A DNA stretch of 64,000 nt. It comes from a virus. The translations under genes and the position numbers were made by a program. Below are positions 1 to 9,016 of the stretch, piece after piece. Every line of letters begins with the position of its first letter. Positions within the stretch are counted from its first letter, which is position 1. Below the pieces are notes generated by a model. The model was given only the letters and a program-made list of their open reading frames with translations. It had not been told where the DNA came from and made no database searches. The stretch spans positions 64,001 through 128,000 of the IMG/VR virus record IMGVR_UViG_3300006329_000001; one strand, 5' to 3'.

Positions 1-2454
1 TCGCATCTTAGCAGCAGTCTTAATCTTCTTAGATACTGTATTGACAGAAACTGCAGCAGTTAGAGTTACCTCAGTAATATTAGAAGCACCACCACTACCT
101 TGGTTCATACCAGTGACCTGTAGTGACTGTCTATTAGCACCAAAGGTTACACCGATAGTAGGTGAGTTCTTAGTAGATTCATTCTCAATATCAATGTTAG
201 TACCTACATTCCAACCATATCCTGTATGACTGTTAGCACCTTGTGTAACTGTAAGAATATAGTTCTCACTATCAAGAGTAGTAAACTGTTCGTTCTCTGG
301 TAGTGTGAATGTAACGTCACCAGATGATAACTGTTTGTTAGCGAAGGTTTTTATTACAACAAATGATTCATCAGAGATTGACTTAATGGCATGTTTAGGC
401 ATGTCAATAACCAATTCTCCATCCTGTACAGTCTTCGTTGCAAATCTAGGACGTAATCTAACAACCTGTGCTGAAGGATATTCAGCATCAGGAACAGTAC
501 CTTTAGTTAAACCTGTGTCTAATGCAGCATGTTGGTTAGTGAAATCAAATACAACAGCAGTACCAGGATCATTCCTGTTTGCAGTAGTAAATCCAATAGC
601 AGTTTGATCTATTCTCTTAACTCGAATAGAGTTCTGTGCTTTAAAATCTGTATTAGTTGCAGTTATAACTTCACCTGCACGAATATCACTTTCGAATCTT
701 GTACCGAAACCTTCTATTCTATCGTTACCACCTGTTGCATCAATATTAATAGTTGTACCTGGAATAGCCTCTCTAAGGTTAAGTGCTAATGAAGCAGTAA
801 AGATAACAGTAGCACCATCTTTACCTACAACTTGACGAACATCAGATTGCTCATAAGCATATACAGCATCCAATGTATCTAATACTCTACCATCTCTAGT
901 GATAACTTCACCGATTTGGAAATCTCCTGAAACTTGATGTACTAAACAAGAAGCACCTGAACCACTGTAAACAAATGCAGTAGCACCTGACTGACGACCT
1001 TTTAATACTTCACCAGAGTTAACTGTCTGACTGTTTGCAAAGTTCAGAGCAGTAAACATCTGTATATCAAACATAAACAGATTGTATCTACTAGAATCTC
1101 TTTCTAATTGTAGAGTTCTTGCTTTACCAATTAGTGCACCCTGAACACTGTTAGATGCTCCTGTACCAGACCAATTGTCTCTTAGTTCTAATACCTGATA
1201 ACAGTTAGTTACACCCTCTCCAGAGATCTCTGGCCAACCCCAGATGTCATATACCTCACATGACTGTGATAAGTCAATAGGAATAATCTGGTTGTTACGT
1301 CCAACAAAGGTACGAGGTTTTGGTGCGTCAACATAGTTAGCAGCAAGTAGTTCTGTTCTAAAACCTTTTACATATGCTTTACCCTTACCAACCTCTAATG
1401 CCATGTAGTTGCTAGAAGCAACGTTACCATCTGCAGAATTTTGTCCTGCATTGTAAACACCATTATTAAAGAAATCATTTAGATGTTCTCTAGGACGTAC
1501 ATCAAATGAATCAACAACATAATCTCCATGCGTTTCATAAGTACGACGAGCAATAGATTTCTCAATCTCGTTATACTCAGTACGATCAACGAAGTTTTCT
1601 ACAATAGAATTCTTAAGACGTAAGAGTTCTATAAAGTTCTTATCAGTATCATCAGTTATTGGTTTCTTAACCAATGTACATTTGATTCTGAATCTATGAG
1701 AACCTGGTGCAGAATAGTTCGATGAACCAATCGCATTGTCTGTTAGGGCTGGGTCGTCTTCTGGAGTGATGATCGACTCTGATACTTCGAATCCGACTCT
1801 GTAGGAAGGATTATTGGTATACTGATCCAGGATAATGTAAGCAGAAGAAATGTCAACGAAATGCCCACGGATGAAATAAACTCCTTCATTGATATACGCT
1901 GTAGAACCTATTTGTGCTGCATCAACTGGTAATAGTTGAGCGAATGGTGATCCAACTTCGATTAAAGTATTACCGAATGTTAGTTCATTTTCACATATTA
2001 ACTGTTCGTTGTTCTGGAATACCTTTGTGTTTACATCAGATGTAGTATCACCAGACTCAACATACTTAAGATAGAAACTTATATAACCACGAGTTGATTC
2101 AGTAGCAGGGATAGAGAATAGGATCTTAGCTTTAATGCCAGTAGTAAGACCTTCTACAATCTTTCCATGTAACTGTTCCCTATAAGTCTCAACGTCAACT
2201 CCCAAAAACGCTTGCTGAATAAGGATGTTATGTACAGATAGGTCATATCCAATTTGTCCAGGAATGACCATAGCACCTTCTTTAAAGAGGTGCGTTCCCA
2301 TGTTCTCGATCTGATTCTGCAGAATCGATTGCATAGTGGTAAGTTCTCTTGCCTGGATTGGGAATCCTGGTCTAAAGAGTACTCTATAAAAATTATTGTC
2401 TTTGCTGAAATCGTCGAAATACGGAGCGATATTCAGATTGGTATTCTGTGGCAT
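1..2454 (-). CDS. VrlC-like / DUF4815-domain virion structural protein (3' end runs off the window)
   Basis: Not in the ORF track because it is truncated. ATG at 2454 reads MPQNTNLNIAPYFDDFSKDNNFYRVLFRPGFPIQARELTTMQSILQNQIE, the characteristic DUF4815/VrlC N-terminus that follows gp8 in cyanomyoviruses. Confidence 0.85.
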   Translation of the reverse strand, partial: MPQNTNLNIAPYFDDFSKDNNFYRVLFRPGFPIQARELTTMQSILQNQIENMGTHLFKEGAMVIPGQIGYDLSVHNILIQQAFLGVDVETYREQLHGKIVEGLTTGIKAKILFSIPATESTRGYISFYLKYVESGDTTSDVNTKVFQNNEQLICENELTFGNTLIEVGSPFAQLLPVDAAQIGSTAYINEGVYFIRGHFVDISSAYIILDQYTNNPSYRVGFEVSESIITPEDDPALTDNAIGSSNYSAPGSHRFRIKCTLVKKPITDDTDKNFIELLRLKNSIVENFVDRTEYNEIEKSIARRTYETHGDYVVDSFDVRPREHLNDFFNNGVYNAGQNSADGNVASSNYMALEVGKGKAYVKGFRTELLAANYVDAPKPRTFVGRNNQIIPIDLSQSCEVYDIWGWPEISGEGVTNCYQVLELRDNWSGTGASNSVQGALIGKARTLQLERDSSRYNLFMFDIQMFTALNFANSQTVNSGEVLKGRQSGATAFVYSGSGASCLVHQVSGDFQIGEVITRDGRVLDTLDAVYAYEQSDVRQVVGKDGATVIFTASLALNLREAIPGTTINIDATGGNDRIEGFGTRFESDIRAGEVITATNTDFKAQNSIRVKRIDQTAIGFTTANRNDPGTAVVFDFTNQHAALDTGLTKGTVPDAEYPSAQVVRLRPRFATKTVQDGELVIDMPKHAIKSISDESFVVIKTFANKQLSSGDVTFTLPENEQFTTLDSENYILTVTQGANSHTGYGWNVGTNIDIENESTKNSPTIGVTFGANRQSLQVTGMNQGSGGASNITEVTLTAAVSVNTVSKKIKTAAKMR

Positions 2455-2458
2455 TGAT

Positions 2459-3994
2459 TTAGAATTCTACTACGATCTTGATATCTTCGATTTGGTCACC
2501 TGCACGAGAAATCGCACCTCTATTATCTATGTAAATAATCTCACCAGAGTTTGGCTCGATCTCAGGTTTAGCATATCCGTTGGTGAACGACATACCTAAA
2601 TCATATTCTGTGTTGTTAATAATACGAGTGGATGAACCAGAAACAATTGGGAAGTTGATGTCTGGGTCAGCAGAGGTACCTGATGTAGCACCTACCACAG
2701 GGTTACCACCCTCAAAGTCAGTTAGGTTACCAGTAATTTCTGGGAACACACCGTCAATTCTATTTTGATAGAATTTCAGGACTTTAGTGGTATCATTCCA
2801 TGAAATAACCCGACCTCTAGCAGTCACCTGTTGACCACCGACAGTTCGGGATTGTGTTATTATCTCATCAGTTTGGAACTGACCTGTAAAGGTTGGTGAG
2901 AATATAACCGCTTGAGTAGCAGATAATGTAATAGCAGATGTTAGAGCTGTAGTTCCGTACTGCTTGGGATTAATAACCAAACCAATACGACGATAGTCGT
3001 TATCAGTTGGGAAGTCACCTGATCCCTCAGCGTATGTAAATTTGGTGTTGATCATTACACGATATCCACCTAACTCAGAGTCTGGTTCAGCACCATGTCC
3101 TGTCTCAGGAGGAATGATAACGTCAATAGCAGCACCAGTACCAGTTCCTGCACCAATACCATTGACTTCATCAATAACGATCTTACCGAAGTTGTATCCA
3201 GATCCACCAGATGTCACAGTAGCGTTAACTATACGTCCACCATCAACAACCAGTGATACTCTTCCACCAACTCCATCACCTTTAATAGGAACGTTTTCAT
3301 ACGTTCCGTTGTTGTATCCAGTACCTGATGCTTGGATAACAACAGTATCAATCTCTCCACCAACAGCATCACCTGTAACAGCAACGTCTGCAAGTACAGG
3401 CATATAATCGTTAGAGAAGAATTTTAAGACTTGACCAACAGGTATAGTATAAAGATACTTCCAACGATAGCCGTCACTGGTAGTGATAATACTTGTGGAA
3501 GTACCAGTAGGCTCAACCGTGGATGGTTTGCCATTTGGGTCTGAAGGAGACGTGCCATTGTAGATACATTTATAAGTTTGATATTGTGAGTTAACTACAT
3601 AAAAATCAGCATCATACAACTTAGTTGCACCAGAAGACGCAGTTTTAGTAGAACTATAATCATGACGGTACATGTCATAGACATAACCTAATCCACCAGT
3701 AGTTTGTTCTGGTGGTGTCCAGTCAATTCGCCTTACAACCTGGATTGTATCGTTAGCAAGAACCCTCTTAAGAGAGATCATGTCAGCGAATGTGTCTGAA
3801 AACTCTTGGAAAGAATCGACAGGGGTAGGAGGAGCATTCTCATTGTCCCACTCTTGTGGTCTTCCAATGAAAACATACAACCTGTCCCTCGACGTTCCCG
3901 CCTCAAGGTCTGACTGCGATGGGTCGGCACCCTCTAGAGCTTTAATAAATCTCTCCGCAGTGAAAATTCTAAATTGATCGGTGAGTAGTGCCAT
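2459..3994 (-). CDS. gp8: Baseplate wedge subunit gp8
   Basis: 511 aa with LYVFIGRPQEW, YDMYRHDYS, VVNSQYQTYKCIYNG, DGYRWKYLYTIP and the C-terminal SGEIIYIDNRGAISRAGDQIEDIKIVVEF typical of T4-like gp8. Baseplate context. Confidence 0.9.
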   Translation of the reverse strand: MALLTDQFRIFTAERFIKALEGADPSQSDLEAGTSRDRLYVFIGRPQEWDNENAPPTPVDSFQEFSDTFADMISLKRVLANDTIQVVRRIDWTPPEQTTGGLGYVYDMYRHDYSSTKTASSGATKLYDADFYVVNSQYQTYKCIYNGTSPSDPNGKPSTVEPTGTSTSIITTSDGYRWKYLYTIPVGQVLKFFSNDYMPVLADVAVTGDAVGGEIDTVVIQASGTGYNNGTYENVPIKGDGVGGRVSLVVDGGRIVNATVTSGGSGYNFGKIVIDEVNGIGAGTGTGAAIDVIIPPETGHGAEPDSELGGYRVMINTKFTYAEGSGDFPTDNDYRRIGLVINPKQYGTTALTSAITLSATQAVIFSPTFTGQFQTDEIITQSRTVGGQQVTARGRVISWNDTTKVLKFYQNRIDGVFPEITGNLTDFEGGNPVVGATSGTSADPDINFPIVSGSSTRIINNTEYDLGMSFTNGYAKPEIEPNSGEIIYIDNRGAISRAGDQIEDIKIVVEF

Positions 3995-4016
3995 CTTAGC
4001 AGTTTAACCTTCCTTT

Positions 4017-4024
4017 TATTTATG
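4017..4024 (-). promoter_or_regulatory. T4-type late promoter (CATAAATA)
   Basis: NATAAATA motif about 23 nt upstream of the gp8 start, followed by an AAGGAAGG RBS-like sequence. Confidence 0.7.
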
Positions 4025-4028
4025 TGAC

Positions 4029-5879
4029 TTATTCAGGTTCGTTTCTGACGAGGTTTGTGAACTCCTCTTTCCAGAAAGTTGATGTTGCACCAGAGCTACC
4101 ACCTGTTAAGGTATCACTGGTTGTAAATTGATATGTATTACCGTTATTTGTTATATCTTCTAACGTTATTTCTACATATCCTGTAGCATAAGCATTGTTA
4201 AATGAGACAACTTTAGCAGTAACCCCAGTGCTTCCACCAGTTACTATCTCTCCAACGATGTAATTTACATTATTCCAAGATTTAGCAACTACTTTAGAAG
4301 TTGCACTATGTGCTAATCCATCACCAAGTGCACCTGCAACAGATACAGTTGATACTAGAGGAACTAAACTGGAATCATATAACTCATCACCTTGTTGGAA
4401 TAAGGTTGTGTTTTGACCACCAACGGTCTCCTCAATACCATAGAGTGATGATGCAACACCACCATCTAGGCTGATCTCATTCTCATAGTCTGTATCAGTA
4501 TTTACCAGGTCAGGGATTCCATCACCTGCACCATCTAGTTCATCATCATCTTCGAAGGTGAAATTCTCTAATAATCCTAGTGGTGAAGTGAATAGTACGA
4601 TGTTACTATTCTGTTGCTCAATTAAGACGTGTGGTGCTTCTCCAGTTTCTGTAGAACTAGCAACACCCCCAATAAACTGGATAACAGCAGTCTTTTCGTT
4701 AGAACGACCACCATCAATAAATGCCAATTCATCAACTTCGAAGATTAAGAATAACTCTCTAGTTGCCTTATTCCAGTCATATACAACAGCAACCTTATTA
4801 GTTTTATCTTCTTCTACTCTTCTAATTCTATCCGAAACAGTGAAGTTATATCCTGATAATCCAGTATCAACATTATTTGCTAAAGCATCTAAGACAATTC
4901 TCTGGTCATATCTAAAGTTAAGACCTCTAGTACATCCAGTAAAACTAATAGTAGTCTTACCAGTATATCTTACAATTTCTGTCCCTATCTGGAATTTACC
5001 AGAACCAGGATATGCATCAGTAGTCTGAACATATAAGACAGTATCTGCTGCAGCAGCATTTCTTAATAGTGCAGTTACATTATATAAATCACTCTCTAAT
5101 GATGTTCTATTTCTTTGCGTTCTTATTAAGTTAGTATCTCTAGTAAAGATAACCTGAGGAGGAGCAACATAACTACCACCTGGATTGAGGATATTGATCT
5201 CGGTTATAGCACCAAGATTAATCTTTGCCTCTGCAGTAGCACCGCTACCACCACCACCAATTAGCTGTATAATCGGAGGAGTCTCAAAAAACTCACCTGG
5301 GTTACTGATGTTAATTCCAGTAACAGAGCCGAACTGATTAACCTCAGCAATACCCGTTGCTCCGTCTCCACCACCACCTGATATAACAAGAGTAATATCG
5401 TTGAGATCGTAGTTCCTACCTTTACCTTCGATAGCAAGACCAGTTACACCACCCGTGATAGGAACAAGTTCAGCACCTGATCCTCCACCACCTTTTATCT
5501 CAGCATCAGCAGTAAAATATCCATCACCAGGCTGGGTGACTTGGACTGTTTGTATTCCACCAGTACCATCAGTCTTCAGTACAAGATTAGCATCTGCTTC
5601 TACAACACCAGAATCAGGACTTTCTACTTCCAATCTTAATGGATCATATCCTTCACCTGGATCTACCACATCAACAGAAAGAAGATCTCCATTGACACCA
5701 ATATTTGCACGCAAAACAGCATCCCTAATAGGAGTACCACAATTACCAACTACCAATCTTGGAGGATCAGAAACACTATAACCAGAACCAGGATTGGTCA
5801 CGATTACGTCTCTAACACCGAATACGCTATTAAAGACTGGTTCTATTGTTGCACCTGATCCTGGAACTGTTCTTGCCAT
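4029..5879 (-). CDS. Virion/baseplate structural protein with Gly-rich GGGGxGA...PGxGY repeats
   Basis: 616 aa. Repeated GGGGSGA-x-A...V..I.I.NPG.GY...P units, also present in gp8 and the giant protein. Lies between the gp9-like gene and gp8. Confidence 0.7.
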   Translation of the reverse strand: MARTVPGSGATIEPVFNSVFGVRDVIVTNPGSGYSVSDPPRLVVGNCGTPIRDAVLRANIGVNGDLLSVDVVDPGEGYDPLRLEVESPDSGVVEADANLVLKTDGTGGIQTVQVTQPGDGYFTADAEIKGGGGSGAELVPITGGVTGLAIEGKGRNYDLNDITLVISGGGGDGATGIAEVNQFGSVTGINISNPGEFFETPPIIQLIGGGGSGATAEAKINLGAITEINILNPGGSYVAPPQVIFTRDTNLIRTQRNRTSLESDLYNVTALLRNAAAADTVLYVQTTDAYPGSGKFQIGTEIVRYTGKTTISFTGCTRGLNFRYDQRIVLDALANNVDTGLSGYNFTVSDRIRRVEEDKTNKVAVVYDWNKATRELFLIFEVDELAFIDGGRSNEKTAVIQFIGGVASSTETGEAPHVLIEQQNSNIVLFTSPLGLLENFTFEDDDELDGAGDGIPDLVNTDTDYENEISLDGGVASSLYGIEETVGGQNTTLFQQGDELYDSSLVPLVSTVSVAGALGDGLAHSATSKVVAKSWNNVNYIVGEIVTGGSTGVTAKVVSFNNAYATGYVEITLEDITNNGNTYQFTTSDTLTGGSSGATSTFWKEEFTNLVRNEPE

Positions 5880-5880
5880 G

Positions 5881-7383
5881 TTATACCACCACGATGTCTC
5901 CGATCATACCACCATGCTCAGTGCACTGATACTTGTAATTTGTACCAGCTGCAAGTGTCATAGGCACGGTGTATGTTGTTGTTCCTGTTGCTGAACCACT
6001 GACTCCTAAAGTAACTGCAGAACCACCATCTGAAACTCTGATCTCAAATGGATGTGTACTACCAGTTGTATTGTGGAACTTATAAGTAAATCCTCTATAC
6101 ACATAGAATGCAGGATCATCAGCAGTATCAGCTACACCTGGTCCTGTAAATCTATATGCAGAAGTACCATTTGATGATACTGAATACCATAATGTAGGAG
6201 AAGCACCACTTACAACAGCAAAATTCTCATCGAAATGGAATGAATGACCTTTATTAGAAACATCTCCAACTGGGAGATTCTCGTCCACATTAACAGTCAG
6301 TGTATTGCCAGCCATAGCAGTTGTACAACCAGTACCACCAGCTATAGTTAATGTAGTAGTAGCTGCTGCAGCTGCAGTAGATCCTGAATCCCCCGCAACT
6401 GTTTGGAATAAGTTCTGAACGATATTTGGAGCATCGTTAGTGATAGTAATAGCACCTGCGTTGAGGTTAGTGCTAATACCAGTACCACCTAAGAAGTTAA
6501 GACTATCAGTAGTTACAGTAGCTGAAGTTTGTCCATTATCTGCACCGAATGTCTCAAAGAGATTCTGATCAGGATCTCCAAGAGCTCCTGTCATATTGAT
6601 TGTTAAAGTGTCTCCAACCAATGCAGTACCAATGTTTGTACCACCAACAATATTAAAAGTGTCGTTAGGAGCAGATGCAGTGGTTGTACCAGTATCACCA
6701 GTAAATGTCTCGAATAAGTTTTGTGTCGTTCCACCGCTACCACCTGTCCCTTCCTCATCATTAGCAGGTGACCACTTCTGGGTTGATGCAACCCACTTAA
6801 GAACTTGTCCGTCTGAAGGACCACCACTCACAGTGGTATCAACATCACTTAATAATGAAATACTACTGTTTTCTGAGATAAGAGGTACCCAAGCAGCAGC
6901 ATGAGCGAAATATCCTTTACCTGTATCATGTGCATGAGCAAACATACCATGATGATCTGTGGCATTTGGTAATCCTGCTTCAGTGGCGTATGGTGCATAC
7001 CATTTAAAGTATCCATCATCACCATCAACATATGTGTATGCAGATCCAGATCCACCTGCCCAAAGTTTAATATCTCCTGTCCCAGTTTGCTTGATTACTA
7101 TGTCATCAGTACCGTCACAAACGATCTGATTAGCATTTGTATCAAGATTAGAACTTAAAATATTATAGTCACCTGCTCTAAAAGCACCACTGGGACTAGA
7201 AGTCCACTTTAAAACCTGTCCATCAGTCGGTGCTCCACTGATGTCCACTTGGATTGTAGTATCGTTACCTAATGCTGTGTAAAGCTCATCAAAGTTGGCA
7301 TTTACCTTGATGGCACCATCACGCAAAGTATCACCAGTGCCATCATTTGCAGAAGATCCAATACCAACTGATTGTTTAGCCAT
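5881..7383 (-). CDS. gp9/gp10-like baseplate wedge/tail-fibre connector with C-terminal cupredoxin-like domain
   Basis: N-terminus MAKQSVGIGSSANDGTGDTLRDGAIKVNANFDELY is the T4 gp9/gp10 N-terminal signature. Three internal QNLF(E/Q)T..D.G repeats. C-terminus has HPF...YQCTEHGGMIG. Confidence 0.75.
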   Translation of the reverse strand: MAKQSVGIGSSANDGTGDTLRDGAIKVNANFDELYTALGNDTTIQVDISGAPTDGQVLKWTSSPSGAFRAGDYNILSSNLDTNANQIVCDGTDDIVIKQTGTGDIKLWAGGSGSAYTYVDGDDGYFKWYAPYATEAGLPNATDHHGMFAHAHDTGKGYFAHAAAWVPLISENSSISLLSDVDTTVSGGPSDGQVLKWVASTQKWSPANDEEGTGGSGGTTQNLFETFTGDTGTTTASAPNDTFNIVGGTNIGTALVGDTLTINMTGALGDPDQNLFETFGADNGQTSATVTTDSLNFLGGTGISTNLNAGAITITNDAPNIVQNLFQTVAGDSGSTAAAAATTTLTIAGGTGCTTAMAGNTLTVNVDENLPVGDVSNKGHSFHFDENFAVVSGASPTLWYSVSSNGTSAYRFTGPGVADTADDPAFYVYRGFTYKFHNTTGSTHPFEIRVSDGGSAVTLGVSGSATGTTTYTVPMTLAAGTNYKYQCTEHGGMIGDIVVV

Positions 7384-7405
7384 GTTTTTACAGTTTGTAC
7401 AGTTT

Positions 7406-7413
7406 TATTTATG
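7406..7413 (-). promoter_or_regulatory. T4-type late promoter (CATAAATA) overlapping the upstream stop codon
   Basis: NATAAATA about 23 nt upstream of the 7383 start. Confidence 0.65.
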
Positions 7414-9004
7414 TGGCATCGAACGAGATACCAGTAGTATCCAACGATACGTTGGTACTTGAGAAGTCCTCAGCAGTTTGACCGCCACCAACACCTGTCA
7501 CAGTGAGAGTTGCAACGTCAGTTGTTAGAGGAGAGTTAGTTGCAGGGGTTGCACCCACAGGTCCTGTGATAACACATCTGTATTTGTATCCAGACATGTA
7601 TGACAGAGCAGTGAATGTAAGACTATTAGCAGTAGATCCTGTGATAACAGCAAATGAATATCCACCATCTGTAGATCTGAACCATTGATAAGTCTTAGGA
7701 CCATCCTCAGGACTAATAGATGCAGTAACAGTAAATGTAACTGATGAAGCAACTTCCACTGTAGCACTCTGAGGTTGTGCACCAAGCAATATAGTAGCTG
7801 GTGGTGCCTCACCGCCACCTGCAGGAGGTGCAGGAGGTGTAGCAGCACCATCATTATCTGGTTTCTGCAATACTTCTCTAGTAGTTAATCCAATAAGATA
7901 TGGAAACTGAGGAACTAAATTCTGTTCAGAATCTAATTGAGTAGATAAGAAATATGCATAAGTTCCATTAGGAAATTCAGGTGTTACTGCAAATCTACCA
8001 TTATGGTAATCAAGTGTTCCTAATCCTTCTTGGTATTCCCAATCTTGTATAAGTGATCCTGCAGGTGGATTCTGCTGAGTAGTACCATAAGTAGGTCTTC
8101 CATCTGCTTCCTCTGATTTAACTCTATATGAACTACTTGCTACTGCAATATCAGAACTATTATTCCATGGACTACTATAGATGTAAGGACCATAAACAGG
8201 GAATCCATCAAAAGCAATTCCAACCATTTTAGAATGTCCATCAGGATGTCTTAGATTGTCACCGTTATACTGACTGGAACCATAATAATCATTATATCCT
8301 GCCATTACAGAATTTGCCTTCCAACAAGAAAGGAAATCTGTATCATGATAATGATATTGACCTGTATTTTCAGGATGTCCACCACATGTATCATCACCAA
8401 AATCTACAACAGCATCTTCGAAATGTGCGTTCCAGTTAAATCCAGTAGGAGGGTTACCACCTGCACCTGCACTAGGATTAAAGAAGACGACACCGTTAGA
8501 TGCAACACCAATAGCACCTAAAGGTACTGCAGCTCTTGCATTTCTTTGATCAAAATATTGATAAGTTCCACTATATGTCTCTCTAGTATAATCAACAATC
8601 AACTCAAGATTGGTTGATGTTGCTCTCCAAAATTCTCCAGAAGCAACTGTCTGTTGAGTACCAGTATACTTAAATACTTGCTTCTTTTCATTAGCAGTTC
8701 CTTCATCCAATATGAAAAGGATTCTATCTCCAACTTGTATCGAACTTCCTAATAAAGCATTATCTGCAACAGATATAGGGATACTAATTACAAATCCATT
8801 TTGTGAAAAATTAGCATCATCAAAAGTTCTACTAATACCAAACGTACCACCCCTATAATACCAAGAATGCTCAAAGTCTTGCTCTGTTACATTGTTGGGA
8901 TTATTTACATTAGGAAAGGTACCAAAAGTAACGGGGTTGGGGAGTCCATCCCCGTCCACCGTTATTACTTTGGTTCCTTGATTATATGTTGATGTAGCAG
9001 CCAT
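7409..9004 (-). CDS. YHYH-domain protein with C-terminal Ig-like domain
   Basis: 531 aa with GAIGVASNGVVFFNP, DTCGGHP..GQYHYH, HSKMVGIAFDGFPVYGP and LDYHNGRFAVTPEFPNGTYAYF. The C-terminal AQPQSATV...TYQWFRS...GYKYRCVIT...ATLTV segment looks like an Ig-like fold. Confidence 0.8.
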   Translation of the reverse strand: MAATSTYNQGTKVITVDGDGLPNPVTFGTFPNVNNPNNVTEQDFEHSWYYRGGTFGISRTFDDANFSQNGFVISIPISVADNALLGSSIQVGDRILFILDEGTANEKKQVFKYTGTQQTVASGEFWRATSTNLELIVDYTRETYSGTYQYFDQRNARAAVPLGAIGVASNGVVFFNPSAGAGGNPPTGFNWNAHFEDAVVDFGDDTCGGHPENTGQYHYHDTDFLSCWKANSVMAGYNDYYGSSQYNGDNLRHPDGHSKMVGIAFDGFPVYGPYIYSSPWNNSSDIAVASSSYRVKSEEADGRPTYGTTQQNPPAGSLIQDWEYQEGLGTLDYHNGRFAVTPEFPNGTYAYFLSTQLDSEQNLVPQFPYLIGLTTREVLQKPDNDGAATPPAPPAGGGEAPPATILLGAQPQSATVEVASSVTFTVTASISPEDGPKTYQWFRSTDGGYSFAVITGSTANSLTFTALSYMSGYKYRCVITGPVGATPATNSPLTTDVATLTVTGVGGGQTAEDFSSTNVSLDTTGISFDAT

Positions 9005-9008
9005 GTTC

Positions 9009-9016
9009 TATTTATT
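9009..9016 (-). promoter_or_regulatory. Possible late promoter (AATAAATA) overlapping the giant gene's stop codon
   Basis: NATAAATA motif, but only about 4 nt from the next ATG, so it may not be functional for that gene. Confidence 0.35.
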
